Shown here piece after piece: positions 24,412 through 32,000 of a DNA stretch of 32,000 nt (positions within the stretch are counted from its first letter, which is position 1; each line of letters starts with the position of its first letter). The notes under the pieces were generated by a model that was given only the letters and a program-made list of their open reading frames with translations, was not told the origin of the DNA and did no database searches. Position numbers and translations under genes: made by a program. The stretch comes from Peristeroidobacter soli (GTDB lineage: Bacteria > Pseudomonadota > Gammaproteobacteria > Steroidobacterales > Steroidobacteraceae): positions 338,803-370,802 of the forward strand of contig NZ_RYEV01000004.1 in NCBI RefSeq assembly GCF_004138485.1, written 5' to 3'.

Positions 24412-26025
24412 TTAGCCCAACATCTGACGCAGCAGGCGCGACGCAGGCTGCTGTACGACCACAACCACGATGAATACGACGAACAGCGCCGCCGCGGCGA
24501 CGGCGTAACGCACCAGACCCTGACGCAACTGAGCCTGATACTTCTCGACCCAGCTGCGAGTCACCGAGCCGAGCACCGGCAGCCCCGTCATGTCGGCCAG
24601 CCCGCGACTGGTCGAGAACACCGGCCGCATCATGTGCATGACATAGGCGACGGCGCAGCCGGCGCCGATACCCACCACGAACACGGCGAGCAGGAACAAG
24701 GGACGATTCGGGAACGTCGGCTTGAAGCTCGCGCTCGGCGGATCGACGATGTTGAACTTCACCACGCCGGTCTGCTCGGCATCGCCGGACAGACGCGCCT
24801 TCTCCAGGCGCTCGAGCAGGCTGTTGTACTGCGTGCGCGTGACCGTGTAATCACGGGTGAGGCGAGCGTATTCAGCTTCGACTTCCGGCGCGGTATCGAC
24901 CAGACGGCGCAGCTCGCTCTCGTTGCGCTGATGATCGGCCAGCTGGCTGCGCAGGGCGGCGATTTCCACGTCGGCCTGATTCAGCGTCGTTTGAATGCTC
25001 TGATACACCGGATTGCTCGAGGCATTCGCAACCGCCGCGGCGCCCGGATCACCCCGGCGCAGCGCGGCCAGCTCTTCCCGCTGACGTGCCTTCAGCGCCT
25101 CCAATGTTTCCTTGGTCGCGATGACTTCAGGATGTTTCTCGGTGTAACGAAGCAGCAGGTCATCCAGACGGGACTGGGTCTCCTGGATGCGGGTCGCGGT
25201 GTCCTGCGGACCGGTGCTCGCGCCCGTCGCCGAGCGACCGCCCGAACCGGTTTCGGTCGGCGGCACGAACGGCGTTTCACCCCGCAGCTGACGCTGCAGC
25301 TCGGCGCGACGGCTGTTGGCCACACCCAGCTGGCTCTGCAGCCGCTTCACTTCCTGGGTCTCGGTGGTCAGACGCGCGAAGTAACCGCCCTCATCGCCCG
25401 GCACCAGACCGAGGTTCTTTTTCTTGAACTCGGCCAGCTGATTTTCGGCATCGGCCAGACGACGGCCGTAGTCGGTCAGCTGCTCCTTCAAGAAGCGCTG
25501 CGCGGACGCGGTGCCGTTACGGTCCGAGCCGATGGTGTCCTCGACGAACGAGTTGAGCAGCATGTCGACCACTTTCAAAGCCGTCTGGCGATCGTGGTCG
25601 GTGAATGAAATACGAAACAATGTATTCGGGATGCGCGGATCGCGGGTCATCGGCGGCTCGAGCGCGACTTCGACGCGAGCCATGATGCTGTTGAGCATCG
25701 CTTCGCGCTCCGGACCGGTGCGCGCCGTGACATCGAGGCCGGCCTGCTGCGCGACCTTCTCGAGGTTGGCCCGACCCAGCAATGCCTGACGCACCAGGTT
25801 CAGCTGCGACTCCACGTCCATGTTGACGACCAGGCCGTCGACCGCCTTGCTCAATGCCGTGCGCGTATCGACGTTGACGCGGGCGCTGGACATGTAGCTG
25901 TCCGGGATCGTGAACACCACGAACCAGCCGAACAGACACACGCCCCATGCCACCGCCAGCGCATAGCGCCGGAAGCGCCAGGCGCCGCGCAGCTCGTTCA
26001 AAACCTGATCGATCAGTGCCTGCAT
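24412..26025 (-). CDS. epsF: Polysaccharide co-polymerase (Wzz/GumC-like chain-length determinant), PEP-CTERM locus subfamily
   Basis: 537-aa ORF. N-terminal TM helix after MQALIDQVLNELRGAWRFRRY, a long coiled-coil periplasmic region, and C-terminal TM helices (PLFLLAVFVVGIGAGCAVAYV and AAAALFVVFIVVVVV). Confidence 0.85.
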   Translation of the reverse strand: MQALIDQVLNELRGAWRFRRYALAVAWGVCLFGWFVVFTIPDSYMSSARVNVDTRTALSKAVDGLVVNMDVESQLNLVRQALLGRANLEKVAQQAGLDVTARTGPEREAMLNSIMARVEVALEPPMTRDPRIPNTLFRISFTDHDRQTALKVVDMLLNSFVEDTIGSDRNGTASAQRFLKEQLTDYGRRLADAENQLAEFKKKNLGLVPGDEGGYFARLTTETQEVKRLQSQLGVANSRRAELQRQLRGETPFVPPTETGSGGRSATGASTGPQDTATRIQETQSRLDDLLLRYTEKHPEVIATKETLEALKARQREELAALRRGDPGAAAVANASSNPVYQSIQTTLNQADVEIAALRSQLADHQRNESELRRLVDTAPEVEAEYARLTRDYTVTRTQYNSLLERLEKARLSGDAEQTGVVKFNIVDPPSASFKPTFPNRPLFLLAVFVVGIGAGCAVAYVMHMMRPVFSTSRGLADMTGLPVLGSVTRSWVEKYQAQLRQGLVRYAVAAAALFVVFIVVVVVQQPASRLLRQMLG

Positions 26026-26032
26026 GGTGTGC

Positions 26033-26752
26033 TCAGAAGAAGGATTGCGGTACCACGATCACGTCCCCGGGCTTGAGCTCGAGGTTCTGATTCATCGCAC
26101 CTTTGTTCACGAGGTCGTCGACCTTGACACGCAGCTCAGTGTCCTTGCCATCGACTTTTCGGACAATCTTGCCGCGGTTGCCAGCCGCAAATTCCGTGAG
26201 TCCGCCGGCCGCGAGAATCGCATCGAGGACGCGCATGCCTTCGCGATAGGGCAATGACTGCGGCGTGGTCACCTGCCCGATGACTTTCACCTGGCTGAAC
26301 GCGCTGACCGGGTTGGTGACGATCACGTTCACCTGCGGCGAGCGAATGTATTCAGCCAGCACCACTTCGATATCGCGCGCCAGCTGAGAAGGCGTTTTGC
26401 CGACGGCGATCATGTCCTCGACCAGCGGCGTGGAAATCTTGCCGTCCGGACGCACCGGCACGGTCTGTGTGAGCTCGGGATTGCGCCACACGAATATCTG
26501 CAAGGTATCGCCGGGGCCGATGCGGTAGTCCGGTGCGACCGAGCTGGCCGCCATCTGCGGCATCGGTTGGGTGGCCGCCGGGCGGGTGTCGGCAGGATTG
26601 ACACTTTCGGCGGGTTTGCTCGGCTGAGTGGCCGGCGCGGGGCTGGCTGTGGAAGGCTTGGGAGTCTGGCTCCAAACACTCGTGGCCCAAAAAAACATCA
26701 ACATGGCCACGAAGTTGAGCGCCGAAATTTGCTTCTGCATTCGATTCGTCAC
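26033..26752 (-). CDS. epsE: Short OPX-family polysaccharide export protein (Poly_export + SLBB domains, no Wza-type C-terminal helix)
   Basis: The Poly_export motif is YRIGPGDTLQIFVWRNPELT...VRPDGKIS.PLV. There is a signal peptide but no lipobox Cys. The start is GTG at 26752 or ATG at 26740 (MQKQISALNFVAMLMFFWATSVWS|Q). Length is only about 235-239 aa. Confidence 0.85.
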   Translation of the reverse strand: MTNRMQKQISALNFVAMLMFFWATSVWSQTPKPSTASPAPATQPSKPAESVNPADTRPAATQPMPQMAASSVAPDYRIGPGDTLQIFVWRNPELTQTVPVRPDGKISTPLVEDMIAVGKTPSQLARDIEVVLAEYIRSPQVNVIVTNPVSAFSQVKVIGQVTTPQSLPYREGMRVLDAILAAGGLTEFAAGNRGKIVRKVDGKDTELRVKVDDLVNKGAMNQNLELKPGDVIVVPQSFF

Positions 26753-26910
26753 AAGTGAAAGGTGGCTTCAGGGGCGCCACGCCCGCGACTGCAGTACGGC
26801 TCACGTCATGCATGCATCAACAGCTGCGGTAGCCTAACAGAAAAGCTGCCAAACCCGCGGAATAGCCCTTGAAACCGTGACGTAGCGCGCGCTTGTCGAT
26901 ACTGCCGTGC

Positions 26911-29706
26911 TTACTCCTGTCCGCCCAGTTCCGTTAACAGACGCTGGGCCGCCGCGCGGTTGTCGAAGGTCGTCTGACCGGCCAGCAACTGCGTCAGCTG
27001 TTCCTTGGCCTGGGCCTTCGCTCCCGTGCGAGCCAGAGCGGCGGCGTAGTGATACTTGATGTCGGCCGATGCGTTCGCCGCAGCCGCCGCCTGCTCGAGC
27101 AACGGCAACCCCTCGGCGCTCTGGCCCGAGTCGACCAGGATCCAACCGAGCGTGTCCATGATAGCGGGGACCTTGGGGGCAAGTAGATGAGCCTGACGGG
27201 CAGTCGCGAGTGCCCGTGGGTCCCGTTGCTCGTGATACAGCCACGCAAGGTTGTTCAACGACGGCACGTGCTTCGGCTGACGTTGCACGATTTGCTCGTA
27301 CTGTGCGATCGCCTGTCTGGCCTCGCCGCTCTTGATATAAGCGTCGGCGAGCAAGGTACGGAACGACAGATCATCCGGATGCGCGCGCGACCAACGCTCC
27401 AGCGGCTCGAGCGCATTCGGCAATTTACCGGCGCTGCGCACCTGGTAAATCTTGGTGGCGAGCTCCGGCGCCGGCCGGATCGCCAGGGCCGCTTCATAGG
27501 CTCGCGACGCTTCCGGATACTTCTGCAGAACGGTGTAGACCTCGCCTTCCAGGGCCAGCAGCTGCGGGTTGTTCGGGCGTGTCTGTTTCAATGCGTCGAT
27601 GCGGTTCAAGGCCGCACTGCCATTGCCCTCCTGCACCTCCAGGAACGCGAGCGCTCCGATCGCCGGCAACCACTCCGGCTGCAGGCTCAGCGCTTTTTCC
27701 AGCGACTCGCGCGCCGGACCGCGTTGATTCAAGCCCAGCTGCGCGCGTCCCAGGTTCAACCACAGCAACGGGTTGCCCGCATCGCTCGCGGTGCCGTCCT
27801 TGAACATCGCCTGCGCCTGATCGAAGCGGCCGCTCTCCAGATAGAGCAAGCCCGCGGCGTTCACCACGTCGCCACGCTTCGATGAAGCCTCGACCGCCGC
27901 ATTGATGAACCCATCGGCCCGCTTCGCATCGTCCTTCGCGAGCGCCATCCGCGCCAGCATCAGCGGTGGCTCGATGGCTTTCGGATTGGCTTTGTGGAGC
28001 GCTTCGAGACGGCTCGTCGCCGCAGCCTGCTTACCTTGAGCAAGCTCCACTTCGACCATCGCGAGCTGCGCGCCGGTATTGGTCGGATCGAGATCGATCA
28101 ATCGCTGCAACGCTGCTCGCGCCGCATCCTGACGGCGCGCGGTCCATTCGACGCGGGCGAGCGCAAACAACAGCTCGGGTTGTTTGGGGTTCTTCGCGAG
28201 CGCGTCATTGAGCAGCGCCCGGCCCTTGTCGAGATCGCCGCTCCGCGCATAGAACCCCGCCGCGATGCCCACCGCGGCCGGCTCGCTGCCGTACTTGTTC
28301 AACAGCGTTTGAACTTGGGCGCGCGCGGCCGCAGGGCCCTCCGCGACAGAGATGGCCTGAACCAACAGCGCCTCGCGACGCGGATCGATCTTCGGATCGC
28401 TCTCTCCCCGACGCAGCAGCGCGACGGCCTTGTCCGCTGAACCCGCCTGCACGTAGGCACCCGCCAGCTGAATCTGCAGCCCGCGGCTGTTAGGCGCATC
28501 GCGCAGTGCCTTTTCCAAAGTATCGATGGTTTGTTGGTCGGCGCCGGCGGCGGCACGCGCGCCCTCGAACAAAGTGGTCAGACGGGAGTCATCGGCGTTG
28601 GTCTCGATCGCCGGCACCAGCACTCGCAACGCGCCGTCCGGATCCTGCAGACGCATGCGCACCTGCGCGAGCAATTGCCGCGCCTCGAGATTCTGAGGCG
28701 CCTGCTGCACGACCTGACTCAACTCCTGACTCGCCTGCTCCAGATTGCCTTGCGCAACCAGCGTGACGCCGAGCAGATAACGCGCTTGAGTGAATTGCGG
28801 AGCGGCGTTCACCAGCCGACGCAGACCGCTCGCGGCCGCCAGATAGTCATTGGTCGCCATGGAGATGCGAGCCGACATCAGGGCGGCCAACGGCGAGCCG
28901 GCGGCGATGCGATTCATCGCATCGAGATTGGCGCGGGCCGCGTCGATGTTACGGGCGACCAGCTGCATCTCGATCAACGTCGACAGCAGCGAGACCTGCC
29001 GGGTCGCTTCGAGCTGTTTCTCCGCCAGTGCCTTCGCTTTGAGCAGCGCCTTCTCGGCCTCCTCCGTTCTGCTCGCGCGAGCGAGGATCGCGCCCTGCGA
29101 ATACCACGAGAGCGCGGACTGTGGATGTTGCTCGGTCAGTTGCGTCGCGAGCGCCAGCGCTCCCTGCGCATCGCCCTGCGCCGCCAGCGTATCGATGATG
29201 CCGACCTGCGCATCGATCAACGCCGGATCGGCCGCGGCCGACGCACGAAATGCCTGCTGAGCCTCGGCGGTCCTACCCAGCCCCTGCAACGCGAAGCCGC
29301 GATACAAGGCGGCGCGGGCCGGCTCGATCTGCTCCACCGACGCAGCCGAGACCTTTTCCAGCGCCGGCGCAAAGCGACCCAGCGCCAGGTCGATGCGGAC
29401 CCGAAGCTCCAGATGCGGATCCGCGCCGCTCGGCTTGGGCAGTTTGTTGAGCTCGGCCTCGGCGTTGGTGGGATCGCCCAGCCACAACGCGACCTCGGCC
29501 AGCAACGCACGCGCCGGAAGCAGCTCGGGGTCCTTCTGCAAGGCGTTCTTGAGTTCGACCAGCGCGCGCCGATAGTCGCCCTCCGCCACGGCGGACTGCG
29601 CACGCTCGTAGCGCTGTTCGGGGCTGACGAGAAAGTCACAACCGGCCGTCGTCAGCAGCATCGCGCCGAGCACGCAGCTCACCATCAACGTGCGGATCTT
29701 CAACAT
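26911..29706 (-). CDS. prsT: PEP-CTERM system TPR-repeat lipoprotein
   Basis: About 931 aa. ATG at 29706 is preferred, with GGAG 5 nt upstream; the track begins one codon earlier at a GTG. Lipobox LLTTAG|C. Ala/Leu-rich TPR repeats run through the whole length. It sits next to xrtA and prsR. Confidence 0.85.
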   Translation of the reverse strand: MLKIRTLMVSCVLGAMLLTTAGCDFLVSPEQRYERAQSAVAEGDYRRALVELKNALQKDPELLPARALLAEVALWLGDPTNAEAELNKLPKPSGADPHLELRVRIDLALGRFAPALEKVSAASVEQIEPARAALYRGFALQGLGRTAEAQQAFRASAAADPALIDAQVGIIDTLAAQGDAQGALALATQLTEQHPQSALSWYSQGAILARASRTEEAEKALLKAKALAEKQLEATRQVSLLSTLIEMQLVARNIDAARANLDAMNRIAAGSPLAALMSARISMATNDYLAAASGLRRLVNAAPQFTQARYLLGVTLVAQGNLEQASQELSQVVQQAPQNLEARQLLAQVRMRLQDPDGALRVLVPAIETNADDSRLTTLFEGARAAAGADQQTIDTLEKALRDAPNSRGLQIQLAGAYVQAGSADKAVALLRRGESDPKIDPRREALLVQAISVAEGPAAARAQVQTLLNKYGSEPAAVGIAAGFYARSGDLDKGRALLNDALAKNPKQPELLFALARVEWTARRQDAARAALQRLIDLDPTNTGAQLAMVEVELAQGKQAAATSRLEALHKANPKAIEPPLMLARMALAKDDAKRADGFINAAVEASSKRGDVVNAAGLLYLESGRFDQAQAMFKDGTASDAGNPLLWLNLGRAQLGLNQRGPARESLEKALSLQPEWLPAIGALAFLEVQEGNGSAALNRIDALKQTRPNNPQLLALEGEVYTVLQKYPEASRAYEAALAIRPAPELATKIYQVRSAGKLPNALEPLERWSRAHPDDLSFRTLLADAYIKSGEARQAIAQYEQIVQRQPKHVPSLNNLAWLYHEQRDPRALATARQAHLLAPKVPAIMDTLGWILVDSGQSAEGLPLLEQAAAAANASADIKYHYAAALARTGAKAQAKEQLTQLLAGQTTFDNRAAAQRLLTELGGQE

Positions 29707-29718
29707 CACCTCTCCCGA

Positions 29719-31233
29719 TTAGCGCCCGTCGCTGGACGCGAGGCTCGTCGTCATCTCGCGCAACAGATCGCGCGCGGCCGCGCAGTCTTCATCCTGACAG
29801 CGCGTTCTGAAGGCGACGACCGCCGACAGCGGCGCCGACAGCAGCGATTTGACGCCATATTGAACCTGCAGGGACACGCTCTGACGATACCAGCGATCGT
29901 CGAGACGATAGGCATACCAGAGCAGCCAGCGATCGCCGCGCGAGTCGGTCGCCTCCACTGCCATCCATTCGCCCGGCCCCGCGCCTCGCTGACGCGCAGT
30001 CAGCGTCTCGCCGGTCACCGAGTTGGTGAAGGACACCAGCTCCTTGCCCTGATGCTGATCGGCGTAGAGCGCGGCAAACCCTTCGACCGCATGCGCCTGC
30101 CTCGAATAGCGCACTCGCTGCGTCACATCGTTGCCGGCAAACACCGGCTGCCAGTCATCGGCAGCGCTCTGCTCCACCGACCAGCCCTGCAGCGACGCCG
30201 GCAGCAGGCGAGGCAATTGATCCGTCGGGATCGTATTGTTGTCCGCGAGCAGCCACAGCGGCGCCACCAGCAGGCTGACCGCAGCGAGCGACGCGCCCCG
30301 CCACGACACCGGACCGCTCTTGGGAACCGACTCCGCTTCGATCGACGGCTCCGGCGCCGCCGGCCAGCGACGCACGATCAGGAAATAGATGACCATCGTG
30401 CCGGCGAACATCACCCAGCCGAAGCTGTAATGCTCCTTGGTCACGAAGTAGTGCTGCATGTTGGTCACGTGCCCGGCGACGGCGATGATGAAAATGCGCA
30501 CCCAGTTGGTCAGCAGCGCGAGCAGCGCCGCCAGCGCCACCAGTTTCACGCGCGTCCACAGCGAGTCGCGATTGATCTCGCCGTACAGCACGGCGATCGC
30601 GATACCGACGATCAGAAAGTGCAGACCGCTGCAGCCGCCGGCGATCTCGAGCGATCCTTCCGGCAGCGTGAACGTATTGCCTGAGAAGAACACTGGAATG
30701 CCGACGGTTCGCAACAGCATGCGAACCGCCCAGCTCGACAAGGACTGCAGCAGCGGATTGATCGCATCCCACAACGGGATCGCGAAATACAGAAACGCGA
30801 ACGGCAGCCAGTTGCGGCGCGCCGCCTGGAACCCGTAGGCCGCGATGAACGCGCCGAAGATCATCGCGGGCAACAGCGCCTGATGCGCGATGCGAATGCC
30901 GGCACGGTAGGCGATCAGCCACACGACGCTCGCCGCCAGCACGCCGACGCAGGCGAGCACGCTGGGCCGGATCTCGACCTGCGACCAATCGCTACGATTG
31001 CGCCACACCAGCCACAGGCTCATCACGACGATCAGATAACCGTGCGTATACGAGCGGCGGATCGTGTCCTCCCACTGCTCGATCAGCGAGAGCGTGGTCG
31101 GCCAGAACAGCAGGAAGCCGAGTACGAGCAGTGCCATCGCACCGACCGCACGAAGATTGCGATTTCGGGCGACGGCGCGAGGATCGAGAGCAAGCGTCGC
31201 CGGATCCGTCGACGACCAGCCGGACATGCCCAT
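29719..31233 (-). CDS. xrtA: Exosortase A (XrtA/EpsH) with fused C-terminal EpsI-family domain
   Basis: 504-aa ORF. The polytopic N-terminal half carries exosortase signatures: SYTHGYL, catalytic Cys in LEIAGGCSGLHFL, NWVRIF (Arg) and EHYSFGWVMF. The C-terminal ~200 aa is a soluble domain after one TM helix (AVSLLVAPLWLL), typical of EpsI. Confidence 0.9.
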   Translation of the reverse strand: MGMSGWSSTDPATLALDPRAVARNRNLRAVGAMALLVLGFLLFWPTTLSLIEQWEDTIRRSYTHGYLIVVMSLWLVWRNRSDWSQVEIRPSVLACVGVLAASVVWLIAYRAGIRIAHQALLPAMIFGAFIAAYGFQAARRNWLPFAFLYFAIPLWDAINPLLQSLSSWAVRMLLRTVGIPVFFSGNTFTLPEGSLEIAGGCSGLHFLIVGIAIAVLYGEINRDSLWTRVKLVALAALLALLTNWVRIFIIAVAGHVTNMQHYFVTKEHYSFGWVMFAGTMVIYFLIVRRWPAAPEPSIEAESVPKSGPVSWRGASLAAVSLLVAPLWLLADNNTIPTDQLPRLLPASLQGWSVEQSAADDWQPVFAGNDVTQRVRYSRQAHAVEGFAALYADQHQGKELVSFTNSVTGETLTARQRGAGPGEWMAVEATDSRGDRWLLWYAYRLDDRWYRQSVSLQVQYGVKSLLSAPLSAVVAFRTRCQDEDCAAARDLLREMTTSLASSDGR

Positions 31234-31314
31234 TCTAGCGGGCCATCTCAGTGGACGATGCCGTACTTGATCATTTAGTGGACCATCTCAGTGCGCGATG
31301 CCGTACTTATCCAT
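31234..31314 (-). repeat. Tandem 40/41-nt duplication of the prsR 3' end plus linker, creating an 8-codon mini-ORF (31248..31274, MIKYGIVH) between prsR and xrtA
   Basis: Direct comparison of 31238-31274 with 31278-31314 gives 30/37 identical positions. Each unit, read on the minus strand, is ATG..AAGTACGGCATCGnnCACTGAGATGGnCCnCTA. The next ATG after unit 2 is the xrtA start. Confidence 0.9.
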
Positions 31315-32000
31315 CAAGTCATAGAGCGTCGGCCGGCTGACGCCCAGCAGCTCCGAGGTGCGCGAGATGTTGCCTTCAGTGATCGAGAGAGCCTGACGAA
31401 TCGCCTGGCGCTCGGCACGCGTGCGCACTTCCTTCAGGTTGAACAGCAGCTCGCCATCGACGCTTTCTTTCAGATGCAGATCCTCGGCGGTGAGCAGCGA
31501 GCCCTCGCCCATGATCATCGCGGTCTTGACCCGGTTCTCCAGCTCACGCACGTTGCCTGGCCACGAATAGGCTTCGAGCGCCGCCGTCGCCTCCTCGGTG
31601 AAGCCACGCTTCGGACGGCCGTGCATGCCGCCGAACTTACGCAGCATCGCATGAGCGAGCACGGTCGGTGCGCCCCGACGCTCGCGCAGCGGCGGCACGT
31701 CGATCGTCACTTCACCGATCCGGAAATACAGATCCTCCCGGAAGCGCTGCTCGGTGATCAGTTGCTTCACGTTCTTGTTGGTCGCGCACACGACGCGCAC
31801 GTCGACCGGAATCTCCTGCCGGCCGCCGACGCGCTCGATGACGTGGTTCTGCAGGAAGCGCAACAGCTTCGCCTGCAGCGGCAGCGGCATGTCGCCGATC
31901 TCATCGAGGAACAGCGTGCCGCCGCTCGACAGCTCCACCTTGCCGATGGTCTGTTTCACCGCGCCGGTGAACGCGCCCTTCTCGTAGCCGAACAATTCGC
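31288..32000 (-). CDS. prsR: Sigma-54-dependent transcriptional activator, PEP-CTERM-box response regulator type (5' end outside the window)
   Basis: The frame stays open to the window edge. The track's first M is really the Leu codon of [13 protein letters not shown], the GAFTGA sigma-54 contact motif. Walker B is LFLDEIGD. Also present are [10 protein letters not shown] and a C-terminal Fis-type HTH ([24 protein letters not shown]). Confidence 0.9.
   Translation of the reverse strand, partial: ELFGYEKGAFTGAVKQTIGKVELSSGGTLFLDEIGDMPLPLQAKLLRFLQNHVIERVGGRQEIPVDVRVVCATNKNVKQLITEQRFREDLYFRIGEVTIDVPPLRERRGAPTVLAHAMLRKFGGMHGRPKRGFTEEATAALEAYSWPGNVRELENRVKTAMIMGEGSLLTAEDLHLKESVDGELLFNLKEVRTRAERQAIRQALSITEGNISRTSELLGVSRPTLYDLMDKYGIAH

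Larger units (their letters stand above)
2279..32000. other. XrtA (exosortase A)/PEP-CTERM-type exopolysaccharide biosynthesis, modification, export and regulation gene cluster (continues past the right edge)
   Basis: The following co-occur in one contiguous, tightly coupled block: xrtA-epsI, prsR, prsT, the OPX/PCP/BY-kinase trio, a PEP-CTERM-type deacetylase, FemAB-like protein, amidotransferase, ligase and ACP, five glycosyltransferases and a Wzy-like protein. Confidence 0.85.

Noticed and set aside
26689-26695. A7/T7 homopolymer in the signal-peptide coding part of the OPX gene as a possible slipped-strand phase-variation switch
   Set aside because: Seven residues is short for a contingency tract. 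It simply encodes Phe-Phe-Trp (TTT TTT TGG) in a hydrophobic signal peptide. There is no evidence of length heterogeneity from a single sequence.
26836-26852. Sigma-54-like promoter on the minus strand: TTGGCAGC-TTTT-CTGTT upstream of the OPX gene. This is attractive because PrsR is a sigma-54 activator.
   Set aside because: The -24 element (TGGCA) and the spacing fit. The -12 element reads TGT instead of the nearly invariant TGC, so the GC dinucleotide is missing. I also found no properly spaced GG-N10-GC element in the other intergenic regions. A PWM scan and TSS mapping are needed before calling it.
35-30684. Many long ORFs antisense to or overlapping the called genes, e.g. 35..1084(+), 2902..4203(-), 3075..4178(+), 11812..13593(+), 13692..15437(+), 15517..16602(+), 22326..23399(+), 23893..25608(+), 28531..30684(+)
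   Set aside because: Their translations are Arg/Ala/Gly/His-rich low-complexity strings without recognisable motifs. They lie opposite ORFs that carry clear family signatures and the expected GC3 bias. Long spurious antisense ORFs are expected in GC-rich DNA because stop codons are rare.
1-32000. Looked for tRNA/rRNA genes, CRISPR arrays, IS elements or transposases, integrases, toxin-antitoxin pairs and phage genes
   Set aside because: No ORF has transposase, integrase or phage signatures. No regularly spaced repeat array or terminal inverted repeats were seen. No non-coding gap is large or structured enough for an RNA gene apart from the small elements reported.

Overview
GC-rich bacterial chromosomal segment with strong GC bias at third codon positions, most likely proteobacterial. 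It is filled almost end to end by an exosortase A (XrtA) / PEP-CTERM-type exopolysaccharide (EPS) locus. The right ~23 kb is one tightly packed minus-strand gene train. In transcription order it reads: prsR (sigma-54 activator, cut by the window edge), xrtA (exosortase A fused to an EpsI domain), prsT (TPR lipoprotein), a short OPX export protein, a PCP chain-length determinant, a BY tyrosine kinase, a beta-barrel outer-membrane protein, a PEP-CTERM-type polysaccharide deacetylase, a CelD-like acyltransferase, a GT2, a second CelD-like acyltransferase, an AsnB-type amidotransferase, an acyl carrier protein, an adenylating ligase, a NadE-like PP-loop enzyme, a membrane GT2, a GT1 and a Wzy/O-antigen-ligase-like protein. 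Many junctions are ATGA/GTGA overlaps. The left part holds two short plus-strand operons (SGNH-like / FemAB-like / DegT aminotransferase, and NodB deacetylase / ATP-grasp) interleaved with a lone minus-strand GT1. At the far left are two tandem secreted ConA-like proteins. I saw no rRNA, tRNA, CRISPR, transposase or integrase. The points most worth a second look are: (1) a carrier-protein/adenylating-ligase pair with two different PP-loop amidating enzymes, part of an unusual pile-up of amide-bond-forming enzymes (FemAB/CelD-like x3, ATP-grasp, DegT), suggesting an uncharacterised amino-acyl or acyl decoration of the polymer; (2) a 40/41-nt tandem duplication of the prsR 3' end at the prsR-xrtA junction that creates an 8-codon mini-ORF; (3) a perfect 24-bp palindrome inside a compositionally atypical SGNH-like gene; (4) two secreted paralogs sharing a conserved C-terminal RPNPPxxLxSVQ tail; (5) a short non-lipoprotein OPX paired with a separate beta-barrel. 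All functional calls rest on motif and architecture recognition by eye; no database search was run.
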